From assembly GCA_963676795.2 (NCBI GenBank), contig CAXXTB010000002.1:1664001-1728000 (forward strand): DNA of 64,000 nt. Reading direction: 5' to 3'. The position numbers were made by a program, and so were the translations under genes. Position 1 is the first letter of the stretch. Every line of letters starts with the position of its first letter. The DNA is from Geopsychrobacteraceae bacterium (GTDB taxonomy: Bacteria > Desulfobacterota > Desulfuromonadia > Desulfuromonadales > Geopsychrobacteraceae). Below the pieces are notes generated by a model, which did not search any database, had not been told where the DNA came from, and saw nothing but the letters and a program-made list of their open reading frames with translations. Below are positions 40,268 through 49,748 of this stretch, in pieces.

Positions 40268-40529
40268 ACCTTACTCTGTCAGCATTTCATCTGCGAAGCC
40301 TTGGAAACAGTCGATGAAATACGATGGCAGATGAGACATTAGACAAGCGACAGGATGAATCATGTTTGGTACCGAAACGGTAATGCCGTTGAAAGAGATC
40401 AGTGAAAGCGGACAGGAAAAATTCAATGCTATTGAAAAGGTTCTTGCCATCCTGTCGTATTTCGCAAAAAACAACAAACCGATCGGCACAAGTTGAGGTC
40501 GGTCCGCAATAGTGGACACCATGTTATAG

Positions 40530-41417
40530 TCAGGCAGCCCCTTGCTGCCTGATGAATTTCTTCCAGTATGCCGCCGGGGAGAGATTGCCCAAGCTGGCAT
40601 GTCGTCTCTGCCGATTGTAGAACATCTCGATATACTCTCTGATCTCAATGACAGCTTGCTGCCGGGTGCGATACTTCCGGTGGTGGACCAGTTCCCGTTT
40701 GAGCGTGCCGAAGAAGCTCTCCATCGAGGCGTTGTCCCAGCAGTTCCCCTTGCGGCTCATCGACGGCTTCATCTCGAATTGCTTCATCAGCTTCTGGTAG
40801 CGGCGCGAGCAATACTGGCTGCCGCGATCCGAATGGTGGATCAACCCTTTCGGTGGCCGCCGGGCAGCAACGGCGCGGAAGAGGGCGCGGCCAACCAGGT
40901 CTTGCGTCATCCTATGGCTCATGGCGTAGCCGACGATTTCCCGGTTCCAGAGGTCCTTGATCGCCGCCAGGTAAAGCCAGCCTTCTTCGGTGGCGACATA
41001 GGTGATATCCGCCACCCAGGCCTTGTTCGGCCCTGATACTGCGAAATCCTGGTTCAGCAGATTCGGAGCAACCGGCAGCTTGTGGTTCGAGTCGGTGGTT
41101 GACTTGTACTTCTTAACCTGCTTGCATCGCAGGTCCATTTGGCGGCGCAGGCGCTTGATCCGGTTCAGCCCGACCTCGACCTTCTCGACGTCAAGCAGTT
41201 CATCCTGAATCTTCTCCGGCCCGTAGGCGCCTCGGCCCCGCTCATGGGCCGCCTTGATCGCCACTTTGAGTCGTTCGTCCTCCTGCTTGCGGGCTGACGG
41301 CTTGCGATTCTTCCAGGCATAGTAGCCGCTTTTCGATACGCCGAGTGTCCGGCACATCGGATCGACGGAGAAACCCTGCTCCTTGCGCAGCTCGTCGATC
41401 ATCGCGTACCTCCCCAC
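40530..41417 (-). CDS. IS3 OrfB, DDE transposase
   Basis: WVADITY, HHSDRGSQY, DNASMESFF, YNRQRRH. Confidence 0.95.
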   Translation of the reverse strand: MGRYAMIDELRKEQGFSVDPMCRTLGVSKSGYYAWKNRKPSARKQEDERLKVAIKAAHERGRGAYGPEKIQDELLDVEKVEVGLNRIKRLRRQMDLRCKQVKKYKSTTDSNHKLPVAPNLLNQDFAVSGPNKAWVADITYVATEEGWLYLAAIKDLWNREIVGYAMSHRMTQDLVGRALFRAVAARRPPKGLIHHSDRGSQYCSRRYQKLMKQFEMKPSMSRKGNCWDNASMESFFGTLKRELVHHRKYRTRQQAVIEIREYIEMFYNRQRRHASLGNLSPAAYWKKFIRQQGAA

Positions 41418-41707
41418 GGCTCCTTTGCAAGGTACGCCATAGCCTTTTTTAGGATTTCCTTCTCCAGCCGGGCTTCGGCCAGCTCTTTCCGCAACCGGGA
41501 GACCTCGGCCTCCAACTCAGATACGTTATGGCTGCCGTGGGCCTTTAGGCCGGTGGTGCCATGCTTCTTGATCCAGTTGCGCAGCGTCTGCTGCGATACG
41601 CTCAAACGCCGCCCAACTTCGGCAACCGTCAAGCCGCCATCGATGACTAGGCTGACGGCCTCCTCCTTGAATTCCAATGTGAAAAACTGCCTCGGTATGC
41701 GTTCCAA
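41399..41707 (-). CDS. IS3 OrfA (HTH), with -1 frameshift site
   Basis: EFKEEAV...TLRNW...EKEILKKA; A6G slippery site at 41444-41450 on the minus strand. Confidence 0.92.
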   Translation of the reverse strand: MERIPRQFFTLEFKEEAVSLVIDGGLTVAEVGRRLSVSQQTLRNWIKKHGTTGLKAHGSHNVSELEAEVSRLRKELAEARLEKEILKKAMAYLAKEPWGGTR

Positions 41708-42599
41708 TAGACACCTCCTTGAGCCTCGCAGGCTATCAGATTGGTGTCCACTTTTTCCAGCCTACCTCAAGTGAATTGGCCTGCAATCTCAATTTCAACA
41801 AAGCAACGATAAGCAGAATACTGACGACCCTGCGAAGAGAAAGCTATCTCAATCAGGATCCGCTGACCAAACAGTATCAACTGGGACCGATGATTTCTGT
41901 CTTAAGTCAGACAATCACCAAGAACCTCAATGATCAAACAGCAATCATAGCCCATACCTTCTGTGACAGGTTGCGCGACGAACTTTCTGAGACGGTCCAT
42001 TTTGAGACATTATCCGGAAACCACTTCTTTCTGGCTTATGCTTCACGCTGCAGAAATTCAATTTCCGTTTCCATTGCAACCGGCGAGAGGGTTTACCCGC
42101 AGATTCATGCCGGAGCCAAGTGCATAGCAGCTTATACACATCCGCGACTGGTCAATCATTGGTTCAAAGTTGCACCGTCCGCCAGATATGCTCACATTCG
42201 CTACAATCTCAGTGATCTTAAAAAAGAATATGACGAAATCATCTGTAACGGCTTCGCTATAGACGATGGTCATCATGACAAAAACCTGTTCTCTATCGCA
42301 GCTCCTGTCTTCGACAACAATGGCCGCGCTATTGCCAGTGTCGTAGTCGTTGCACCTTATATCAGAAAACACCGCCTCCAGAATCTGGCGACAGTACACA
42401 AAATAAAATCTGCAGCGAAACAGATATCAGAAAAGCTTCTCTGTCCGCATCCCTACGAAGAAATCTGCCACATGTATCAAAATGATCCTGAATCTCTACA
42501 GGCATAGTCCAACATCAGCCTAAAGAGAACATTTTCATTTCATTGAACATATATCAACAGTCGATCCAGACACTTTGCCATGATTGGGAGGAGGTAAAT

Positions 42600-43643
42600 A
42601 TGCGACCAAAGGTGCTCTTTTTCTTTATCACACTACTGTCTCTAACGTTTTCTACTAATTATGTTTCAGCAGCCCCTATCGAGCTAAGCTATGTTGCGCA
42701 CCATGTGGAATCTGATGTTCACTGCAAATTGATCAAAGAATGGATAAACAAAGTTGAAACGCTGACCAACAATGAAGTCAAGATTAGTTTTTATCCAGGG
42801 GAATCAAAAGTCAGTGGCCCACAGACATATAATGCTGTCCAGCATGGATATGTTGATATCGGGTTTTCTGTCATAGAATATACCCGCGGTCGCTTCCCGT
42901 TGATGGAGTTCATCGACCTGCCCTTAGGATTTGAAAATGGCCAAATCAACACGGCAATCATCAATGAAGTCTATGAAAAATTTTACCCAGAAGAATTCAA
43001 TAAAATCAAAGTCCTGTACCTTATGGCAACGGGGCCGCATTATCTGCACAGCATGATCAAACCAGACCAATTCGCCTTGGATCTGCATGACATGAAGGTT
43101 CATTACAGTGGTTATGCCGACCAGATAGTCACATCTCTGGGAGGAATCCCTGTGTCACTCCCCATGGGAAAACTCTATAACGCTTTGCTTGAAAATAATG
43201 TCGTCGCTGGTTACTGGGATTTTGCCGCCGGGCAGAACTGGAAGTTCGCTGAAATAGCCAAATACGATATCATCTGCCCACAGCTCGCACAATCGGCCGG
43301 CCTCTATGTCATCATGAACAAGAACAGCTGGAACAGACTCAGTCCGGACATTCAGAAGATATTCGACCAGCTCAGCACAGAATGGGCCATTCAGCATGGA
43401 CAGGCATGGGATTCAGCTGCGCTTCAAGGTCTCGCTTACAGCAAAACCCTCGGAAATACCCTTATCTCAGTTCCCGACAAGGAAATACCCTTCCTCACAA
43501 AAGCCCTGCAACCTGTCGTTCAGAATTACATAGACAGAACCTTATGCATGGGCCTGCCGGGTCAGGAGGTTGTCAATTACGTCAACAAACGTCTTGAGGA
43601 TTATCAAAAAGGTGTTTTCAAAAGCCGCTATATAAAAGAGTGA
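42600..43643 (+). CDS. TRAP substrate-binding protein (DctP-like), no DctQM in window
   Basis: Signal peptide, YTRGRFPL, LGGIPV, MNKNSWNRLSPDIQK. ATG at 42600 with GGAGG. Confidence 0.85.
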   Translation: MRPKVLFFFITLLSLTFSTNYVSAAPIELSYVAHHVESDVHCKLIKEWINKVETLTNNEVKISFYPGESKVSGPQTYNAVQHGYVDIGFSVIEYTRGRFPLMEFIDLPLGFENGQINTAIINEVYEKFYPEEFNKIKVLYLMATGPHYLHSMIKPDQFALDLHDMKVHYSGYADQIVTSLGGIPVSLPMGKLYNALLENNVVAGYWDFAAGQNWKFAEIAKYDIICPQLAQSAGLYVIMNKNSWNRLSPDIQKIFDQLSTEWAIQHGQAWDSAALQGLAYSKTLGNTLISVPDKEIPFLTKALQPVVQNYIDRTLCMGLPGQEVVNYVNKRLEDYQKGVFKSRYIKE

Positions 43644-43827
43644 GAGTTGGTGCTCCTGCCACAGCAGATCGCTATCGTCAAACGACAAAAAAACAGAGGA
43701 TGATTAGAGACACACTGCTATCGATCTGAATGAAAAAAGGTTATCCGTCAGACAGGATCAGCCATAGAGCTGCCCTTATGCTCACCCTGACTCTTGAAAA
43801 GAATATCGATTTATCGAAAATTTAGAG

Positions 43828-43856
43828 TTGCATGAAGTCTTATATAAGACTAAAGT
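43828..43856 (+). promoter_or_regulatory. Promoter with perfect operator palindrome
   Basis: TTGCAT-17bp-TAAAGT; AGTCTTATATAAGACT at 43836-43851. Confidence 0.72.
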
Positions 43857-43974
43857 GCACGAGATAATACAGCAAGCCATCATAAATCGCCATGACAAGC
43901 TTGCTGCTGACGCTGCCACAGGTAAAAAAGCATGTAATCAAATATGCCTATTAAGTTTGAAGGGATAATTGAGT

Positions 43975-44763
43975 ATGAAGACGTTAGAAATTGAATGTAG
44001 CAAGCCAAACTCCCAGGTCTATCTGATCGGCTGCGGCCCGGGAGATCCGGATCTGCTGACACTGAAAGCCTACAAACTGATCAAGCAGGTCGATGTCGTT
44101 CTTTATGACCACCTGTTGACAGATGAAATCCTGGCCCTGATTCCGGATACGACCGAAAAGATCGCTGTCGGCAAACAGAAGGGCTGCCACAGCTACAAGC
44201 AGGAAGAGATCAACGAACTGCTCTATCAGAAAGCTCTTCAGGGACATTCGATCGGCAGGCTTAAATGCGGCGACCCCTACATCTTTGGTCGTGGCTCGGA
44301 AGAAGCGGAATATCTCATTCAAAGAGACATTCAGGTTGAGGTCATCAGTGGCATCAGCTCAGCAATCGCCGGACCGGCCTGTGCACATATCCCGGCAACA
44401 GCCAGGGGCTATGCGACCCACCTGTCCATTGTCTCAGCTCATTTGGCCGGCAACCACTTCAACAACGAATGGTTTCCTCTGCTCAAGATCCCCAATCACA
44501 CAACGGTTGTACTTATGGGCGTGAGCTTTGCGGAGCAAATCAGTGAAAAGGCCCTCGAGATCGGCATTGCCGAAACCCTGCCGGTCGCCATTATTTCCAA
44601 TGCATCCAGAGAGAATCAGCGGGTCATAATCACAGACCTCAAAAACCTGCCGAATGCGGCAGAAAATGCTGAACGACCTGCAATTCTCGTTTTTGGTGAT
44701 GTAGTTAATCTTCATCCGGTACTCTCGGTTTCTGGTCAGCATAGCTATAAAGCTGCCCAGTAA
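43975..44763 (+). CDS. cobA: Uroporphyrinogen-III C-methyltransferase, stand-alone copy
   Basis: Nearly identical to the C-terminal domain of 30244-31524. Confidence 0.93.
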   Translation: MKTLEIECSKPNSQVYLIGCGPGDPDLLTLKAYKLIKQVDVVLYDHLLTDEILALIPDTTEKIAVGKQKGCHSYKQEEINELLYQKALQGHSIGRLKCGDPYIFGRGSEEAEYLIQRDIQVEVISGISSAIAGPACAHIPATARGYATHLSIVSAHLAGNHFNNEWFPLLKIPNHTTVVLMGVSFAEQISEKALEIGIAETLPVAIISNASRENQRVIITDLKNLPNAAENAERPAILVFGDVVNLHPVLSVSGQHSYKAAQ

Positions 44764-44797
44764 TGTTTCCATAAATGAAACAAAAACATCTTCACTG

Positions 44798-44826
44798 TTG
44801 CAAAAAGTCCTATACAGGTCTACAGT
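44798..44826 (+). promoter_or_regulatory. Promoter with degenerate operator
   Basis: TTGCAA-17bp-TACAGT; AGTCCTATACAGGTCT at 44806-44821 (12/16). Confidence 0.55.
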
Positions 44827-44887
44827 AAGCACACTAACTACCCTGTTCACATTTCAATCCATTAGTGAATTTTGGGGAAGGCTAGAG

Positions 44888-45580
44888 ATGGTCAACAAGA
44901 AAACGACAAAAATAATAACCTGCAAGGCTCTCGAAAACCTCTACAAAGCACATGCAAGCGCTGAAACTGAGATAGAAGCCTATGACATAAGCCTGCATGT
45001 CAAACCCGATCGTCTACGGATAGAGCTACAGCGGGCGATAGACAAAGCAGATGGCAGATACGACGATATCTATCTAGGCTACGCCATATGCGCCCAGACC
45101 GTGGTTGGCCTCAAGGCAAAGCAGTCACGCATCATCCTCTTCACAACAGATGACTGCATTGGCATTTTCATGGGCGATCGGGACAAACAGCGCCAATATG
45201 CCACCTGTCACCCGGGCAGCTACTTTCTCTCCAAGGGATTCATCGGGGATGGCAACGGCACTATTTTCGATGAATATGCCGAAATGGTCGTTAAATATGG
45301 CCAGCAACGTGCGGATCGCCTCATGAAAAAAATGCTCGCTCACTACAATAGGCTTGTCTATATAGCCCTGCCCGATGATGACAATGTCGAATCAGACCGG
45401 AGCTACGCAAAAGCCAAGGCTGACCAGTTCAATCTTGAATATCTTGAAATCGAAGGGACCGACCAATTAGTCCGAATGATGTTGGCCGGTAACTTTGATG
45501 CAAATATTGCCGTTTTTGACCCGGGAGAAGCTGTCTCCTTTGAGCGTATGATGAAAATACAAACTGATGGTGCTGTGTAA
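44888..45580 (+). CDS. DUF1638-like protein
   Basis: LHVKPDRLR, LGYAIC, DDCIGIFMG, PGSYFLSKG, HYNRLVYI. Start moved to 44888. Confidence 0.8.
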   Translation: MVNKKTTKIITCKALENLYKAHASAETEIEAYDISLHVKPDRLRIELQRAIDKADGRYDDIYLGYAICAQTVVGLKAKQSRIILFTTDDCIGIFMGDRDKQRQYATCHPGSYFLSKGFIGDGNGTIFDEYAEMVVKYGQQRADRLMKKMLAHYNRLVYIALPDDDNVESDRSYAKAKADQFNLEYLEIEGTDQLVRMMLAGNFDANIAVFDPGEAVSFERMMKIQTDGAV

Positions 45581-45601
45581 ATACAGCTGCAGGTTTATGA
45601 A

Positions 45602-45673
45602 TTTATGGTCCTAAAAATCGCCCTTTCCTCAAGGTCATGATTTACAAAATCTAGCGGTTTTTAGGACCATAAA
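45602..45673. repeat. 20-bp inverted repeat with 32-bp spacer
   Basis: TTTATGGTCCTAAAAATCGC / GCGGTTTTTAGGACCATAAA (19/20). Confidence 0.75.
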
Positions 45674-45801
45674 GAACTTTTGCACATAATACCGGGGCGA
45701 GGACAACAGTGAGAAGCGCGCTGCAACGCAACTCTTTACCCCAAGACAAAATCAATGTCTGCCACAATATCCATATGTTATTAATTCAAGGCAAACGAGA
45801 A

Positions 45802-46644
45802 ATGACAACCAACATGAATGGCCCCCAACAAGGCCAGGACAAATACAACGCCATAGAAAAAACGCTCCTTGTCCTGTCCCATTTTGCCAAGAGCAACAGT
45901 CCAATCAGGAACAACGATCTGGCAAAAGCCCTCAACATCAACAAGGCAACGACCAGCAGGATCGTGAAGACGCTTCAGAAAGAAGGTTACCTAGATCAGG
46001 ACCCTCTCACCAAGGAGTACTGTCTGGGACCAATGATTTCAAGCCTGAGCAAATCAATTACCAAAAGCCTGGATAATCAGACATCAATAATCGCCCAACC
46101 TTATTGCGACTCCCTGCGCGATGCGGTCTCCGAGACAGTTCATTTCGAGATCCTGTCGGGAAACAATATCTACCTGGCCTATACCGCACGCTGCAGAAAT
46201 CCTATTTCGGTAGCCATTGACCCCGGTGATCGCGTCTATCCTCAGGTCCATTCGGGAGCAAAATGCATTGCGGCCTACACCCATCCACGCCTTGTCGACT
46301 ACTGGCTACAGAATCCACCACCGGAAATATTTCACAATACTGCTATCGATTCCGAAGTCCTGATGAAAGAATACGCCGAGATCAATGAGAATGGCTATGC
46401 CATAGATGACGGCAATCATAATCTGAATATTTTTTCAATTGCCGCACCTGTCTTTGACAACTCAGGTCGTGCAATAGCGAGCGTTGTCATTGTCGTTCCA
46501 AGCCTGAGAAAAAAACAGATCAGGAACGATGTAAACATTGAGCTGATAAAACTTACGGCAAAAAGGATATCCGAAAAACTGCTCTGCCCAATGCCCTACG
46601 ATGCGCTTTGTGAAACCTACAAAAAAGACAAGTTAGCCAGTTAA
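45802..46644 (+). CDS. IclR-family regulator (intact)
   Basis: HTH LAKALNINKATTSRIVKTL, ETVH, SIAAPVFD. Start approximate. Confidence 0.92.
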   Translation: MTTNMNGPQQGQDKYNAIEKTLLVLSHFAKSNSPIRNNDLAKALNINKATTSRIVKTLQKEGYLDQDPLTKEYCLGPMISSLSKSITKSLDNQTSIIAQPYCDSLRDAVSETVHFEILSGNNIYLAYTARCRNPISVAIDPGDRVYPQVHSGAKCIAAYTHPRLVDYWLQNPPPEIFHNTAIDSEVLMKEYAEINENGYAIDDGNHNLNIFSIAAPVFDNSGRAIASVVIVVPSLRKKQIRNDVNIELIKLTAKRISEKLLCPMPYDALCETYKKDKLAS

Positions 46645-46688
46645 TTTGATATTTCAAACCAAACCGTTCAAGAAGACCAGGAGGCCGT

Positions 46689-47003
46689 ATGACAAAAGCA
46701 GAAATCAACCCAGGCATTTGCGGTTTCAACGCAGAAGTTTCCGCTGTTATGGAAGGACGCATGTGCTCGATTGAGATCAAATGTGACTGTGAAGCGATAC
46801 AGCAACTTGCCGCCGAACTCTCCCCTGTCAAGCCGGTCAATGAGATTTCATTCAAAAGAAACACACCGCAGATTATCGAACTCGGTATGAAGTACTGTTT
46901 TCACGCGGCCTGCCCAGTTCCTGCCGGTATCATCAAAGCCCTGGAAGTAGAAGCGGGACTCGCCCTTCCGGCCGATGTCTCTATCGCCCTGACCAAAGGA
47001 TAG
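46689..47003 (+). CDS. Small Cys/His-containing conserved protein (DUF6951-like)
   Basis: PGICGF, CDC, CFHAACPVP, EVEAGLALP; GGAGG RBS. Confidence 0.7.
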   Translation: MTKAEINPGICGFNAEVSAVMEGRMCSIEIKCDCEAIQQLAAELSPVKPVNEISFKRNTPQIIELGMKYCFHAACPVPAGIIKALEVEAGLALPADVSIALTKG

Positions 47004-47545
47004 ACCAAACGAGCCCTGACACGGCCATTAAGCCAGATATGCTCCTTGACATTTCAGCTGTACGCAATCAGCAGGACCTCCAGACTGCGGAGACGGTCAA
47101 TTTCGGATTTGGTATCCCCTCTTCCGCTCACTGACTCCGCAGCGAATTGTGCAATAACCTCGCCCCGACATTCACCTCAAAAATTCTCTCCCGCACTATT
47201 CGCACAAGCCAGAAACAGACAAAGTCATCTATAAGAATAAGATCATTCAAGAGATTAAGTACGCAAGACTGAAGGCGACCCCATCCCCTACAGACAGCAC
47301 AATCCTGACGATTAAGCTGACACTTGACGATCAGGCACACGGAAAGAAATCTTTGCGAGGCAAAAGTTTAAAAAATCCTAGAACGTTGTTTTTTATAAGA
47401 TTTATGAGATAAATTGCCGTTACAGAAATTGCAACACAATTCAATATAGTAAAACTAGATGAAGATTTCCCTGCCTCCTTATCGTACAGAACTAACCAGA
47501 CGACAAAAACAAGGAAAAAATCACTTGTTTACCAAACTTTTCTTT

Positions 47546-47561
47546 ACTCCTCTATATGACT
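47546..47561 (+). promoter_or_regulatory. Operator copy upstream of cassette A
   Basis: ACTCCTCTATATGACT (12/16) overlapping TATAGT; another copy AGTCATCTATAAGAAT at 47223-47238 (13/16). Confidence 0.5.
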
Positions 47562-47648
47562 ATAGTATATAGGCTAACTAATAGATTGACGTCAGATCTA
47601 CTGTCGGATCAGCAACGCAAAACCAATACAAAAGTTAGGAGCAATGAC

Positions 47649-48281
47649 ATGCAGGAACTAATCAATGCAATGGTTGAGATGGAAGAAGAGACATTCCTCA
47701 GTTTGACCAAGGAACTGCTGGAAAAAGGAGAAGATCCAAACGCTATCTTCCGCGCCTACCAGGACGGCATGGCCGAGATCGGCAGACGCTTTGAGCAAAA
47801 TGAATTCTTTATCCCTGAACTGATCATGGCTGGCGAAATGATGAACGATGGCGCTGAATTGATCAAACCTTATCTTGGCGAAGAAGAACAAGCCAAAAAA
47901 TCGACTCTCGGCACCATGGTTCTGGCCACTATCGAAGGCGATATTCACGACATCGGCAAAAACATCTACGGCATGATGATGGAACTGAGTGGCTTTGAAG
48001 TCATCGATCTGGGCGTTGACGTCCCAGTAGATACCATCATTGCCAAGGTCGAAGAACTCAAACCGGACCTGGTTGGCATGAGCGGTTTACTGACCCTCGC
48101 TTTCGATCCGATGAAAGCCGTTGTCGACAAGCTCACGGAAAAAGGGCTGCGTGACTCCGTCAAAGTCATGGTCGGTGGAGGACAATTCGATCAGACCGTT
48201 TGCGATTTCGTCGGGGCCGACGGATTCTCGACTGATGCCGTTGTCGGTGTCAACATCTGTAAAAACTGGATGGCAGCTTAA
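47649..48281 (+). CDS. Corrinoid protein 2 (cassette A)
   Basis: MQELINAM start shared with paralogues; GDIHDIGK. Confidence 0.95.
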   Translation: MQELINAMVEMEEETFLSLTKELLEKGEDPNAIFRAYQDGMAEIGRRFEQNEFFIPELIMAGEMMNDGAELIKPYLGEEEQAKKSTLGTMVLATIEGDIHDIGKNIYGMMMELSGFEVIDLGVDVPVDTIIAKVEELKPDLVGMSGLLTLAFDPMKAVVDKLTEKGLRDSVKVMVGGGQFDQTVCDFVGADGFSTDAVVGVNICKNWMAA

Positions 48282-48325
48282 TAAGCTGAGAAAACCAGGG
48301 TTCAAGCACTAAGATGGAGGTTATA

Positions 48326-49633
48326 GTGGAAGACAAGCAGACAAGATTCCTTGAAGAATGGGCATCGGGCGAAGGTATCGAATTCGAAAACGATGCCGCA
48401 AAAGACGCCTATCTGTACCGCACCAGTTTGTTCAAAGATGCAATTCAGCTGCAAAAGGCTCCCGACCGGGTACCTATATACCCGATAGTTACCTTTGCAC
48501 CAATGTATGTCATGAACGTCAAGCATAAAGATGCGATGTATGATGCGGATGTTCTCGGTAAAGTCTACTACGATTTCACCGCCGAATACGATGTAGATGC
48601 TGCCAATACCCCTGTTCTCTGTAATCACGGACCAACCCTCGAAGCCATCGATTACGACATGTACAAGTGGGCCGGACATGGCCTGCCGGACAACACCGCC
48701 TATCAGTTCGTTGAAAAAGAGTATATGAAAGTCGAGGAATACGACCATCTGATCCAGGATCCGACCGACTTCATGATCCGGGTTTATATGGGCCGCATTG
48801 CCAAAGCCCTCAAGCCACTTGGCAATGTCAGTGACTTCTTCGGACTGCAGGAAATCACCCTGGCCAACGGCCTGTTCATTTCACTGGGTGCACCTGATGT
48901 CCAGGAAGCTCTCCATGCTCTGATGAAAGCTGGCAAGTCACACTTCGACTGGATCAACAAGCTCGCCCCTTACCTGAACAAGATCACCGGTACCGGTTAT
49001 CCTTTTGGTTCTGGCGGCGCAACCAAGGTCCCGTTTGACTTCCTTGGCGACACCCTGAGAGGCACAACCCAGCTGATGATGGACATGTATCGTCGGCCGG
49101 AAAAGGTCCTCGAAGCCTGTGAACGCCTTGTTCCACACATGGTCAGAATGGGTGCCAGCGCTGCACACGCCAACAAAAATCCGTTGATCTTCATCCCACT
49201 GCACAAGGGTGCCGATGGTTTCATGTCAGACGCACAATTCCAGAAATTCTACTGGCCGAACCTTAAGGCCCTGATGAATGGTCTTATCGCAGAAGGCTGC
49301 GTGCCGGTCTGCTTCGTTGAAGGTGCCTACAATGACAGGCTCGAATACCTGACCGACATTCCAAAAGGCAAGAGCGTCTTCTACTTCGACAAAACCGATA
49401 TGGCCAAAGCCAGAAAAACCCTCGACGGCATCGCCTGCATCGGTGGTGGCTTCCCGGTATCCCAGATTCTGACCGGCAACGCCCAATCGGTTGCTGACGG
49501 CACCAAGAAATTGCTCGATGACGCTGCCGGCGATGGCGGCTACATCCTTGGCATCGGCTGCTCCATGGACGAAGCTAAAGATGAAACCCTGAAATCTTTT
49601 ATAAAGACAGGTAAAGAGTACGGAAAATATTAA
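48326..49633 (+). CDS. Long UroD-fold putative methyltransferase (cassette A)
   Basis: PDRVP, PFDFLGDTLRGT, IPLHKGADGFMS..QF.KFYWP. GTG start after GGAGG. Confidence 0.82.
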   Translation: MEDKQTRFLEEWASGEGIEFENDAAKDAYLYRTSLFKDAIQLQKAPDRVPIYPIVTFAPMYVMNVKHKDAMYDADVLGKVYYDFTAEYDVDAANTPVLCNHGPTLEAIDYDMYKWAGHGLPDNTAYQFVEKEYMKVEEYDHLIQDPTDFMIRVYMGRIAKALKPLGNVSDFFGLQEITLANGLFISLGAPDVQEALHALMKAGKSHFDWINKLAPYLNKITGTGYPFGSGGATKVPFDFLGDTLRGTTQLMMDMYRRPEKVLEACERLVPHMVRMGASAAHANKNPLIFIPLHKGADGFMSDAQFQKFYWPNLKALMNGLIAEGCVPVCFVEGAYNDRLEYLTDIPKGKSVFYFDKTDMAKARKTLDGIACIGGGFPVSQILTGNAQSVADGTKKLLDDAAGDGGYILGIGCSMDEAKDETLKSFIKTGKEYGKY

Positions 49634-49748
49634 TTTAAAGAACTATTTGTCTTTGAAGAACCAGCCTTTTGATCATTTCAAAAGGCTGTGTTCTGCATAT
49701 ATTTGTGGGGATGTTCAGAATGAACGTAACTTTTAAAAGGAGACAAAA

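Larger units (their letters stand above)
40494..41769 (-). mobile_element. IS3-family insertion sequence, 1276 bp
   Basis: Imperfect 28-bp IRs (TGAGGT.GG...AGTGGACACCA), TG...CA ends, AGT duplication at 40491-40493 and 41770-41772. Confidence 0.95.
40383..42507 (+). pseudogene. IclR-family regulator interrupted by IS3
   Basis: 40383-40493 encodes MPLKEISESGQEKFNAIEKVLAILSYFAKNNKPIGTS; 41773 continues in frame ELACNLNFNKATISRIL. Matches the intact paralogue at 45802. Confidence 0.9.
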
